This document shows positions 27,261 through 38,300 of a DNA stretch of 64,000 nt, piece after piece (position 1 is the stretch's first letter; every line of letters starts with the position of its first letter). The DNA comes from Camelus ferus (taxonomy: Eukaryota), in NCBI RefSeq assembly GCF_009834535.1, contig NC_045696.1:80478001-80542000 (forward strand), given 5' to 3'. A program made the translations under genes and the position numbers. The notes beneath the pieces are model-generated. The model ran no database searches, had not been told where the DNA came from, and saw nothing but the letters and a program-made list of their open reading frames with translations.

Positions 27261-27558
27261 TTTTCGGACTGGGCTGGTCAGAGTGACCCAACAGTCAGCA
27301 CCAAGGAAGTAACTTTGTTACACATGACTACTGCCCAGTGAACAAGCAGGGTCAAGTAATGTTTTCACCTAAAACAATCCCATTTATTTTTCAAATAAAT
27401 AAATTTTTAAAAAATAACAGATTTTAAGATGCTGTCTTAAAACATGCAATACAGCCATTTTTTAAAAAGGGAGTTCTATCCCCACTTTTAGATGGATGAA
27501 GTAGGAGAGAGGACAGAATAAGAGGAAAAAAACACTGAGATGGGAAAAATCTTCAACC

Positions 27559-27581
27559 TCAACCTTTCTTCATCACCTCAT
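27559..27581 (-). CDS. FNDC3B: Candidate alternative terminal exon of FNDC3B, coding part (D)EVMKKG-stop
   Basis: Minus strand reads ttctaac...cctccctgcctttgttgttgtcttttaatag|AT GAG GTG ATG AAG AAA GGT TGA GGT TGA AGATTTTTCCCATCTCAG. Read in phase 1 (the same phase as the constitutive exon) it gives DEVMKKG*, which resembles the recalled human short-isoform tail DEVVKRACD*. Minus-strand AATAAA signals lie at 27388-27383 and 27044-27039. Confidence 0.6.
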
Positions 27582-30009
27582 CTATTAAAAGACAACAACA
27601 AAGGCAGGGAGGTGCTAAATGAGGACCGTTAGAATCCTCGTTATTCTCACATCTATTTCATTTTCCAGCATAGGTTCTGTGAAATAGGAATAAAGACAGC
27701 ATAGTGCCAAGGCACTAGAAACCAGGAATCTGGGGAAATGGCATGTGCATTTTCCTTCTTGGTTAAGTTTATTCGGTTGGTCAAGCCTCTCAGACTGTGG
27801 GGGCCGGCAGTAAGTCTAGGGGTGTTTCTCTGGGCCATCCTCCATAAGTGTGTCCCACCTATAAATCTTGAAGTTCTTAACTGAATTTATAAAGCAAGCA
27901 TTTCAGATGCTTTTAGAAGTACTTTGCCACAATGCTCAAATTCCCAAATTTGGAGTTTTTTTTAACCAAATATTATCACAGAGGTGAGGAGAAAAAGCAT
28001 ATATAATCCCAAATTTTATTTAGACATCAAAAAGAAACAGATAATAATATATGAACTAATAATTTGCTTTTTCCAAGTTCCATAAATTAAAAAACTACAG
28101 TAGACAAAGCATCATAGAAAAAGTTCCATTGTTGGAAGAGGGAGAGTATTAAAAGTAATTGTAAGGATGTTTAATTCATGGAAATTCTTTAAGCTTCCCA
28201 ACTTTTGAAAGCCTTACTTCAGCTTTCAATACTCTTCCTCTTTTAGCCTCTCTCCTGAGAGGCTTGTAACATTTCCAGTCACTTTTTGTCAGTTATATTC
28301 ACTCTCCTCTTTATTTCCTGGTCTTTTAAAATCTTGGTCTCCAAGTAAAATAAAAGGTATGGTCTCCAAAAGCAGTGATAGCTCCCCAGAGCCGGCAATT
28401 CAGGGAGAATTCAATATACACTTATCGCATTGAATTTTTGAAAGAGAGGCAAAGAAGGCACAAAATCCACATTAATTAGTGCAGTATAATTACTTCCTTG
28501 TAATTAGAAAACACAGTGAATACATTAGACATATTATTTTTTTGTAAGGAACTAAATTACCAATACAAAGTTCACAGAATCTATCGGCCTGTTTTCTGGC
28601 AACAGTTGTTAAATTTTCCTACAACTCTGATAAGCATACTCTAAATAAAAGGATACAGAGTAAAACGACGTATTGCAAACAGAAGGAAATTATGTTTCGT
28701 CCATAAGTTTTTAAATCAAAGCATTCCTTTTCAAATCTAAGAAGATTACTTCGAAAAGAACTAACTCAATCTTAAAACTCTTGAAAACAGAGTAAGTGCA
28801 TTCTGTGGAAGAGCTGAGTATCTCAAGCTTTCTCAAAATAAGAACGAAAGGAATGAAAATAGAAATGCTCAGGTTTATGGCACAATGAATTCCTCAGACA
28901 CGAGGCCTTGCGTAAGGTTAAGTGTCTTCCTTGTCTCTCTGGATGGCCTGTCTCTAATCAATTTCCAGGCTATCACACTCATCAGTGGGTGTGGTGGAAG
29001 GAGACAATGAGCCAGAAAGAGGCCAGGACATTTTTCAAGTCTACCTGGTAGGAATAAATGGGAAATCCTTTCTCCAACCTTTTATAAATGAAAAGGTTAT
29101 GCCTCATGTGAAAGACATTATGAACCTGACGAGAACCTACTAGACAAGAACCAAACGATGGACGATGGAGCTGAGATGGCTCTGGTGCTAGATGAAAGTT
29201 CATGGCAACAGTCATTCATAAAAACACACAACCTCAAAATGCCCAATAGTAATGGCTGTTTCCTACACTCCTGAAAAAAAACTTTACACATAATTTTTCA
29301 GTGCTTGAACACCGGCTTCTAGACAGCCACAACATTCTTTCTTAATGTTTGAATTTTGTCTTTTTCTTCCCCTTGCTTCTGAATCTTTAAAAATTCATTT
29401 GTGGGCATTATCAAAAGGGATAAAACAGAAGACTTCTGCTAACTGGCACTTTTTAATGAAATGGATTTAAAACAGTATTTCCTACAGAAAAGGAAAGCTC
29501 CAGAAGAAAACTCCTCACAACCGCTATCTGAAAGGCTGGTATTGTAACTCGGGAGTAACCGCAATGCTGGCGCTCTCAGCATTTACCCAGCCTCCTTCTC
29601 ATGCACCTTCTGCCTGGTCACACTCCCCTGTGAAGTACACAAACAGTGAGCTCTTCCAGTTCGCAGGCTGACAAGCCATTTGTCAGTAAGTGTGAAACTT
29701 TATAGAAAGTCTGATTTTTTTTTTTTTTTTTTGCCTTTTCTTCATACTGTCCTGGGCTGTTGGGCAGAACCAACGACTAGAACAATATCTTACATTGTTA
29801 AAGTTTTGCCAGAAAGCACACTCCTTCCATTACTCTTACCAGTATTTTCCTCATAGCCATCACCACCTCTGGTGATGTTATATGTTTATTTCTTTGTTGT
29901 CTGTTTCCTCTCAACTCCATTTGTTCCAGTCTGCTGTCCTCTCAGCAGGCAGAACCACAAGCGGCAGGGTCAGTGCTCATTAGCACAGGCTGAATACAAG
30001 AACAGTGCA

Positions 30010-30250
30010 AGAGGCAGCAGAGCAGAGATGAAAACTCAGGGCTCTGAGGTCAATAAGGACCTGCGTTCAAATCTCCCTCATAGTTACTTGACTTTGGATA
30101 AATTACTTAAATTTCCTATACCTCTACTTCTTCATTTGTATTTTAAATAATAGCACCTATGTCGTAAAGTAATTATGGAGGTCAGAAGCAGGTTACACAG
30201 CTAGCCACGTACCTAGCATAAAATGAGAATGAATAAAAGTCAGCTAGTGA
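30010..30250 (+). mobile_element. MIR SINE
   Basis: gggctctgaggtc...gacctgcgttcaaatctcc...gactttggataaattacttaa...ttcttcatttgta...aataatagcacctatgtc. Confidence 0.75.
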
Positions 30251-30860
30251 TGTTAATGCAAATCACTATGTCAAAACTCGCAGAGAGGGCTAGGAACCTT
30301 AGTTTCAATATAACTGGTTAAATATTGCAAAGTTATCACACCTGTCAGATGATGAGACTTCTAGCCTTACACTGAAAGTGGAAGGGAGGCTGTGGAAGGA
30401 AGGGAAAGCATCTCTCTCTAATATAAATATATAATTTTATAATGAATTTATAATGATTTTATAATGAATTTTAAAATGAATTCAGTAATATTTAAAAGGG
30501 TTATCTTAGTCAAGAAGAAGAATAGACTGAGCACATAAACTGCTATCTAACACTAGCAAAACTTGGATGGGTGAAAGCATGAAATGCCACTAAAGACCAA
30601 AAGAAATGTAATATCATCCAAAGAGAAAACACAGATAGCATTTTCTTACAAAGTAAACAGGCAGTAAGACCAGTAAGTCACTTAACTATATTTGAGCAAG
30701 CAAAAAAGTCACTGGTTAATATGACACACATTCTGACAAAATTCTCTAAGAACCATCCTGGACATATAATTAAGCAAAACAAATCACTTTAATGACACAG
30801 TCTAAGAGAAACGAAAATCAGACTTTTAATGTATTTGTAAACTAAAGGACAAATCCTAGG

Positions 30861-31006
30861 TTTTTATTTTTTAATTATTTTATTTATAATTGGGGGGAGG
30901 ATTAGGTTTTATTTATTTATTTATTTAATGGTAGTACTGGGGATTGAACCCACGAACTTGTGCATGCTGCGCATGCACTCTACTGCTGAGCTATACCATC
31001 CACGAG
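30861..31006 (-). mobile_element. Camelid tRNA-derived SINE (Vic-1-type), 10-bp TSD
   Basis: Reverse complement reads ggatggtatagctcagcagtagagtgcatgcgcagcatgcacaagttcgtgggttcaatccccagtactaccattaaataaata...aacctaatcctcccccc. Flanked by aaatcctagg at 30851-30860 and 31007-31016. Confidence 0.92.
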
Positions 31007-33259
31007 AAATCCTAGGGTACATGGTAATTGTAAAACTCTGATAATGAAATCGAGAGCAAGAGGGCAATTTTCATTTCCTATTTTATCAGAAATTATACAC
31101 GTAAATTTTGTGTCACAAACCATGTTTTTAAATAATCAAACTTAAAAGCTATCAGACAAATTCTGACCCACTAATCAGAAAGTCTTAACTTCTTAAAAAG
31201 CACAGAGAAGTATAGGGATGACCTGGATCTGTCCAAATTCCAAAGAGGAACCGCCTAAGGGCTTCTTATTTCTTCTATTTTGAACCTTCATGTCACAGAA
31301 AGTGAAAGCAATCTAAGATACTCATCTTCTAGATTGCTGTATCTTGCTTTGACTTGCCAAACAGACAACACAATCAGCTTTCTGTAGTTTCTCTGCCGCT
31401 AGTGTAGCAAAGGGGTGGGGCTTTGGAGCAGAAAGCTGTGTATTAACACTCACAGAGTTCCTTTTTAACACTTTTTTAAACAAATAAAATACTTCATCTC
31501 TATTTCTCAGTCACATGCCCGAAGTTCATTACATCATGCCACCAAATGAAACATTCTACTATAAGAACCCTTAAGATTAACTCCAATTATCATTCCACTG
31601 GCATTAAAAATACGCATGAGACTCTCAGTAGAGAACACTTAATCAAGATTCAGTGTTAAGAGTCCCCTGCCCCTAAACAGGTTCTTACAGTTTGCATTTG
31701 ACTGCAGCTGATGAGCACTGCTCACGGTGCCAAATGCAAATCATACCCTGATCACTCATCCTGCAAGTGCTTCTGGCAAAAGTGTGCCCAGTACTGGCTC
31801 CATGGCTCTGCCAGGCTGATGCTATGGACAATGGATGGGCCAGCGTGCAAGGTGTTGATCATCAGTTCCCACACAACAGGAAGAGCCCAGGAAGCTCTGA
31901 GCCTAAGGAAGTTCTCTTGGTGTCTGGCACACCCCACCCACTGCACTGCCCAGACCTCTGTCCAGGCTGCTCTGACTCAACCTTCGGCCCCAGATCTCCA
32001 GCTGCTGCTGGTGTGAGCAGACCACGATGGCCACCAGCCTGACTCATGCTTCTTCCTGACTCTATCCTTCCTGTGACCACACCAGCTCCTTGAATTGTTC
32101 TCCTCCACTGAGCCCAGCCTCACTCGCTGCTTCCTGTCCTGCTGGCAAAGGATTTCTCCCAACCTACCATGCTGATTCTGGTGGGACAAAGAGAAGTCAC
32201 AGCCAGAAGTGCAAAAAAAAATCTCAATGCTGAAGCCACTGCTGTTGAGAAAGGCACACTCTACATCTGGTTTGGAATCCCAAGACCCTTTGAAACTCAA
32301 TAGGCTACTCAGGCCAAAGGGGGAAGAAAAAAAGCAAAGCAATAATGTACAACTTTCATTTACTAAGCTGTCTGGGAAAACACTAAGAGGCAAGGAAATC
32401 CACTCAATCAGTGAACAGCAGTCTGTGCTCCCCTCCCCCCAGAACCTAAGGAGGGACCAGGGTACTGAGCGGCTATTTTTAAAGAAAACATGCCAATACT
32501 CCAGTTGACCATGAAAAGTAAGTTCTAAAGGCATTCTTTCTTTAAAAATGTCAAATGAATATTATCTGCTTAGAATGTCTGTATCATTTCAAATCTTATT
32601 TCTAAGGGTTACTCTGATAGAGATTCAAAATCAATTAAGAGTTTATTAAGAAAAGCAGCTTCTCTCAAGTCTGAGAGGAAAGGTCACTTTTATACATAAC
32701 AGCTTCCCTCATTACATTTTTTTCCTGACCTAAACCACAGCCTCCAAATGACCGGTTTCTCCTGCTTCTGAAGTGACTGAAACAGCATCTAAACGATCCC
32801 TCCCAACTCTAAAATACGATGAATTAGTGAGTGGTACCAACTTTTATAACTGGTTCCAGAAATTCAGGTATCTTTTATCATCACTTTGTAGGCTCCCATT
32901 TACACAGGCATCTTCTGTCCCAAAGCTGCTGCCCGCTGTGCCTATGTGCCCATTTTTCTTAACGGCACAACTAGATTTCCACACGAGATGTAAACCTGCT
33001 GTGACCTCTCCCAAGTCCCACATATCCCATCAGTCCCTGAGATCTGTCCTTTCTGCCTTCCTTCCCACAGCAACTAACACAGGGCTTTGTATACAGTAAG
33101 CATGCAAATATTTGTTACACGAACGAACAAACCAGATGATTACAATTTCTTCTGAGTTTTATTTATACACACACATACACGCATACAGCATGGCCCCTGG
33201 CTTCAGAGAACCATGGGTTACGTCTAGAGACCACAGCACATACTTAGAGCTGAATCATT

Positions 33260-33425
33260 CAGGCTCTCAACTTGTAGTAAGCCCAAAGGTCACTTTGGAG
33301 ACTAATTAAAATACAGATTCCACAGCCTTACTCCCAGAGATTCCTCAATAGATCTTCAAGAAGTCTAGCATTCTGCACTTCTCCCAAACACCATGAAGAC
33401 CCATAGTATACATTTGAGAAACACC
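33260..33425. mobile_element. MER5-like hAT-Charlie MITE
   Basis: ggctctcaacttg...ttaaaatacagattccacagccttactcccagagattc...tctgcacttctcccaaacacc...tttgagaaacac. Confidence 0.6.
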
Positions 33426-34814
33426 ATCCAGCTGGAAGGACAGCAGAGGCACGGCTGGCGCCAAGGGACCATCCACACCCACTTCTATGTGCTTCAGAGG
33501 GAGACAAGCTTGCTTTGCCTGTGGCCCCACTAAGTTCAAGGAAGAGTGCACTCAAAAAAATGCTAATGTGAAGAGAGGAGGAGGAAGACAAATGTTTCCA
33601 GGAGTCATCAGGTCAAAATGGGGCCAGTTAGGGTCACCACCAACTATGGCTGATGATCATGAAATGTAAAACACAAAGGAGGGGTCATCCACTAACTCCT
33701 CTCATCAGACAGATGAGGAAACTAAGGTCCAGGAGAGAAAATCACCTGTGTCAACTCTTACAGCTGGGGAGCGCGTGTATGCTGTGGGCAGGGAGGATGT
33801 GGGCACAAAACCCCAGGTGTCCCAGTTCATACCATCCCCCCTTGTATCTGTGGAATGAATGTTTTGTTTTAACACAGATGTTTTAATTGCCTCAAAGGAC
33901 TTTCTGCAATTACATCCTGTATTTACCTTGATCACAACTGTTATTTTTCTGAGATTTCATGGTCCGTAGATTAGCAAATACAGAGTAACTGTACATTCCA
34001 AAGACAAACCAATTTTCTGGTCAAATGCTAATATTTATGTCATTCATATTTAATCACAAGACAGAAATACGAAAGTCAAAAAAAAAAGAGCTTACCCACT
34101 GGGAGTGTGAGAGAGCTGAACTGACGGGGCAACGTGGAAGTGAAACACTGAGGCTCGCAGAAGGTACACAGGCCTTTTACCCACAAACTATGTCAAGCTT
34201 CTTCCAACTCTCCTTATCTGTAAACTATTACAACCCACATTTTTGTTCCTTTCACCATCATTCTCTGCAAGATCTCTGGTCCCGAGACATAATGAAATGA
34301 CAAGAATGTGGGGCTACAGGGACGTCCTGGCTCACATGTCCTGGTCTCCACATGTCAAGCTTTTGTTGTTTTCTCTCTTCCCTTTTGCCCATTACTCCCA
34401 CAACTGAAGCCCGGATCCCCCGCAAAACTTCAGACAGGCCCCTTAACTCTTACCCGTCTACGTCTTACCATCTGTCAAGAGAAAACAAATGAGTACTGTT
34501 TTGAAAAGCCATATGAAGGGTTCACAGGCAGTTTTAAGTAAAACGTGTGATCTCTTCTTCCCACCTTCCTTTAGAAAGTCCACATATGAGCTTTCAGGTG
34601 ACAATGCAGCCAGCTTCCTACAAATGTCTCTCCTAGGCCTTAACTTCACACAGCAGTGTACCACGTCTATTGGGTCGGCCGGGGTTTCAGTCCGTCTGGC
34701 TTCCACGGGCCAGCGTTCTGGCCATACTAACCCATTGCTGTAGTGATGTCTTAGCCTCTGTCTGCTTCTCCCAACCCTACTGGCTGTGACCATCCACAAC
34801 TGTCAATCTAGAAC

Positions 34815-35035
34815 GGACAGCGGCTGAGAGCTTCAAGCTCAGACAGATCAGAGTTCAAGTTCAGGTCCTTTGTGACTAGTTGTGTGGTCCTGAGCAACTT
34901 ATCTAGCCTTTCTGACTCTCAGTCTGTCCCTGTGCAAAAAATAGGGGTGATAAAAACTGTACCTTCCTCAGGGCTATGAGGAAAATTGTATCATGTAAGT
35001 AAATTAAGTGTATCACATAATAAGCTTTCAAGACA
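34815..35035 (+). mobile_element. MIR SINE
   Basis: cagacagatcagagttcaagttcagg...actagttgtgtggtcctgagcaacttatctagcctttctgactctcagt...aataggggtgataaaaactgtacc. Confidence 0.8.
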
Positions 35036-35174
35036 TGAGCCTTTCATCCTTGTTTCTAAGACAGCAGAAATGTTTAGCAACACCTTCATTTAGTAAACTT
35101 GTCTCCAGCTCTGACTGAGCTGCCACATTCACACTCCCCTGCTACCCAATAGCGAAGTTTCACAACTGGCAACG

Positions 35175-35385
35175 TCAAAAGGCTCCAACTTCCAGCGTAC
35201 GGAGCTCTAGCGTAAAGTGCAGAAGAAACGCCCGAGGAGTCTGTGAAAATGCAGATTCTCAGATTCTTGCTCTTAGAGATTCTGGCTCAGCAGACCTAGG
35301 ATTAGGCCCAGGAATTTGAATTTTTAACAGGCACTGCAGATCATTCAGAAAAGCAGTATCAGCCTCACGTTAATAAATACTGAGC
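35175..35385. mobile_element. MER5B-like hAT-Charlie MITE
   Basis: gtgaaaatgcagattctc...agagattctggctcagcagacctaggattaggcccaggaatttgaatttttaacaggcac. Confidence 0.75.
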
Positions 35386-38300
35386 TATAGTTTCAGATGA
35401 ACTCTTGTTCCTATAGCACTCTCCTACCAAAAAGCAGGCTCACATGCTCTCACTTAGCCATCACCATCACGAGGACGAACTCTAAAGGGAAGCTGCAAAA
35501 CCGTCTCTAATCACTGGCCCATCCTTCATCTTCCCCATGAAATCTGCAGCCACAGCAGGAACTAAGTTTTCTAACCCAATTCAGAGATTATTTTTATTTG
35601 GCTCTTATTTTAAGGCAAACATCTGATGAATACAACAAACAAGCTGAGACATCCCATGGAAAGTTAACCCTCTTACAGTATCAATACTTAAAATGGACAC
35701 CTCACTGGAAACTACCACGCTCTAGGAATTGTGTCCACTTCCCATAGTTTCAGCCTTGTTATTACTATATCCTCCCTCTCTGATAGATCCTCTTCCTTAA
35801 AATTTGCTGACTTTCATCTCATTTGGTCTGAGAAAACAAAAGCTTCAGTGGAACCACAATAAATACCATCAGCTGCTAGTGAGAGAGTAGTGGGTTCTTG
35901 TATGAATCCAGTGCACACATGCTTTAGTGGTGGTTCATCTGGAATCTGATGGGCTCATCAAAGGCCTTGTCAACCAACTGCCTGGCTTTGTAGTTGGTTT
36001 GAGAATTGAACACAGAACCGCATTCCTTTAACTAACATTTTAGCCAAGTAGGGCCTGCATACCTATCGTAAACTCTCCCTTGATGGAGGAAAATTATATT
36101 CTATGTAGACACTTAATATTCAAAAAGAAACAAAAACAAGTTTATAAAAACGGCAGAGATAAAACTGTTTGGTATAGAAGAGTTTTCATTTCCATCCCCT
36201 GAGTGCAGACAGGGAATTTTAGGGCACAATTTTCATATCTCTACTAACTCTGGTCCCTTCCCAGAGCAACAGTGACCTCTGGGAGAGCCCAAACACTCCA
36301 TCTACATCTGCAAGTTGCTCACATATCATGTTAATCATGAGTTTATGTATTGGTTTTAGATTTACAGTTTTCTGTGTAGACTCCTCTCCTAGATTTATTT
36401 AAACCTCCTTAAAGCCAGAATCTAGGTCAAATTCATTTTATATCTTCGATAGCATTCAAAATATAAGAACTCAATAAATTAGATATTTGTTCCACAAAGA
36501 GCCATTGAAGGTCATTTTACCTCTGTAGCTGCAACCCCATCCCAAATTTGAACTTTCCTCAGATACACATACTCTAAAAGGCCCCTTTCTAATGACTTGT
36601 GTTTCAGCAAATGGAACAAATATCCAAGTTGAGAACAAAAAAGGAAAAAGGATGAAAAGACCATTTAAGCGTTTAGCGTTAACACCCCCCCCCCCCCCAC
36701 AGAACTGTCACATCCTGAAGAAACCAGCTAAAAGAGCAGCTTGGAAATGTTTGGGGGAAGACTCTTGCTCTACTCTGTCTCCACTCCTTCGTTCCACAAA
36801 GGCCCAAAGAAGACAGAGGGGTAAGCAAGGAGCAGCAGACATCACCTTCCGTAGAGTTTTCCCCTAGCGGGTAACTAGTTTCTCTACCACTCATCTGAGA
36901 TAATTGAGAAACAAAAGCTGAATCAGACAAGAACCCTGCACTGTCAGGGATTCAAGGGAACACAGCAGAGAAAGCAAAATAACAAGGGCCTGATAAGGAA
37001 ACAAAAATAAAAATGAGGAGAGCAGCTGGGAACCCCTCTGAGAAAGCTTGGCGAGAGAGGAAACCAGGCCATGGGACCGGATGGACGACAAATGGGGGGG
37101 GGGGGGCGGGGCAGAGGAAAGGTCTCCAAAGTCCATAGAGAATCAGCAATTTGGCCAAAGCATGTATGAATAATTGGGAATTAACTGTATACGCAAAAGA
37201 CTTCACCTCATTTACCACAGCAGCTAGATAAACACCATACCAAATCCAGTAAGAGGCTGTTCACCCACAGCCTAACCAAGACCGTTTGTCTTCATTCTCC
37301 TTTACAATTTTATAGAAATTTTACCATGCCTTTGCAGTCACCCTTTCAATCTGTATGAGGCTTCTGTTTGTTTTGAAGAGGCTGATTCCACTCCTCAAGA
37401 CTGAGGTTGGAATAGGACCACATTAATCCAGATGCTCTTTCTAAAAATCTTTCAAATCCATGGACTCAAAACATTAACATAAAGATACTCAGGGAGCAGC
37501 TGTTGCAGTTAACAAATTGTATTTTTTCTTCTGTTGGCTTAAAAGCACTAGAAAGAATTTTAAGCAAGATGAAACCACCATTCAGATTTGGGAGTTTTAA
37601 ATAGACAATTTTCATGGTTTTCAGGTTAAAAATAATGGACTCCATGTTGTAAAAACAGGTTTCAATTCACAAGACTAAAACAACGTGGGGGTCCAACCAT
37701 GCAGGAGAAAATAAAGCAGGCAGAAAAAACTACCTCTGGAGTAAAGGTCAGCATTTGGAAACTTGTGATCTTTTAGAATTTTCCCACTAGGGAACAAGAA
37801 CAGTCTCCCCCAAACATGTTCAGACGCTTTCGGTCATAACAAGCTGAACGATGAATCCGCACGATGGTCAGGGGAAAATGGGAGTCATTCTGCACCTAAA
37901 GGTGTGAAAGCGGCAGTTTTCACAGCCCCCACCAAAATCAGCCCAAATTCCCCCAGTCTGAGGAAGTGCCCACAGAGCTCAGAAACATTTCCCCTATGGG
38001 TATCTTTCACTGCACCCATGAATGGATTCTCAGTTTGCTGATGGACTCAGAGCTTTCCCTGTAAATAACACATTCCTGAGCCGTGCTATATCAACACCAA
38101 ATGAGTCTCACTGGCCGCAACCACCATTCCCATTTCCCTGCTACAGCCTTCTCGTCCTAGGACATCTTGAGGCTTCAAAGATCTTCAACGCAATTCACAC
38201 AGTAGCTCAAAAATTACACATCCAGTCTTCTAGAAGCAGTGAGTTCAAAGGACCCATTAAAATAGTTTATCCCATGTATCTTAATAGAGAAATCTCTATT

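Noticed and set aside
31977..32534. Longest ORF in the window (185 aa, minus strand)
   Set aside because: No recognisable domain, no match to FNDC3B as recalled, and no convincing exon boundaries. Most likely a chance ORF.
33187..33199. agcatggcccctg, identical to part of U6 snRNA
   Set aside because: Only 13 bp match and the flanks do not continue the U6 sequence, so it is a chance match.
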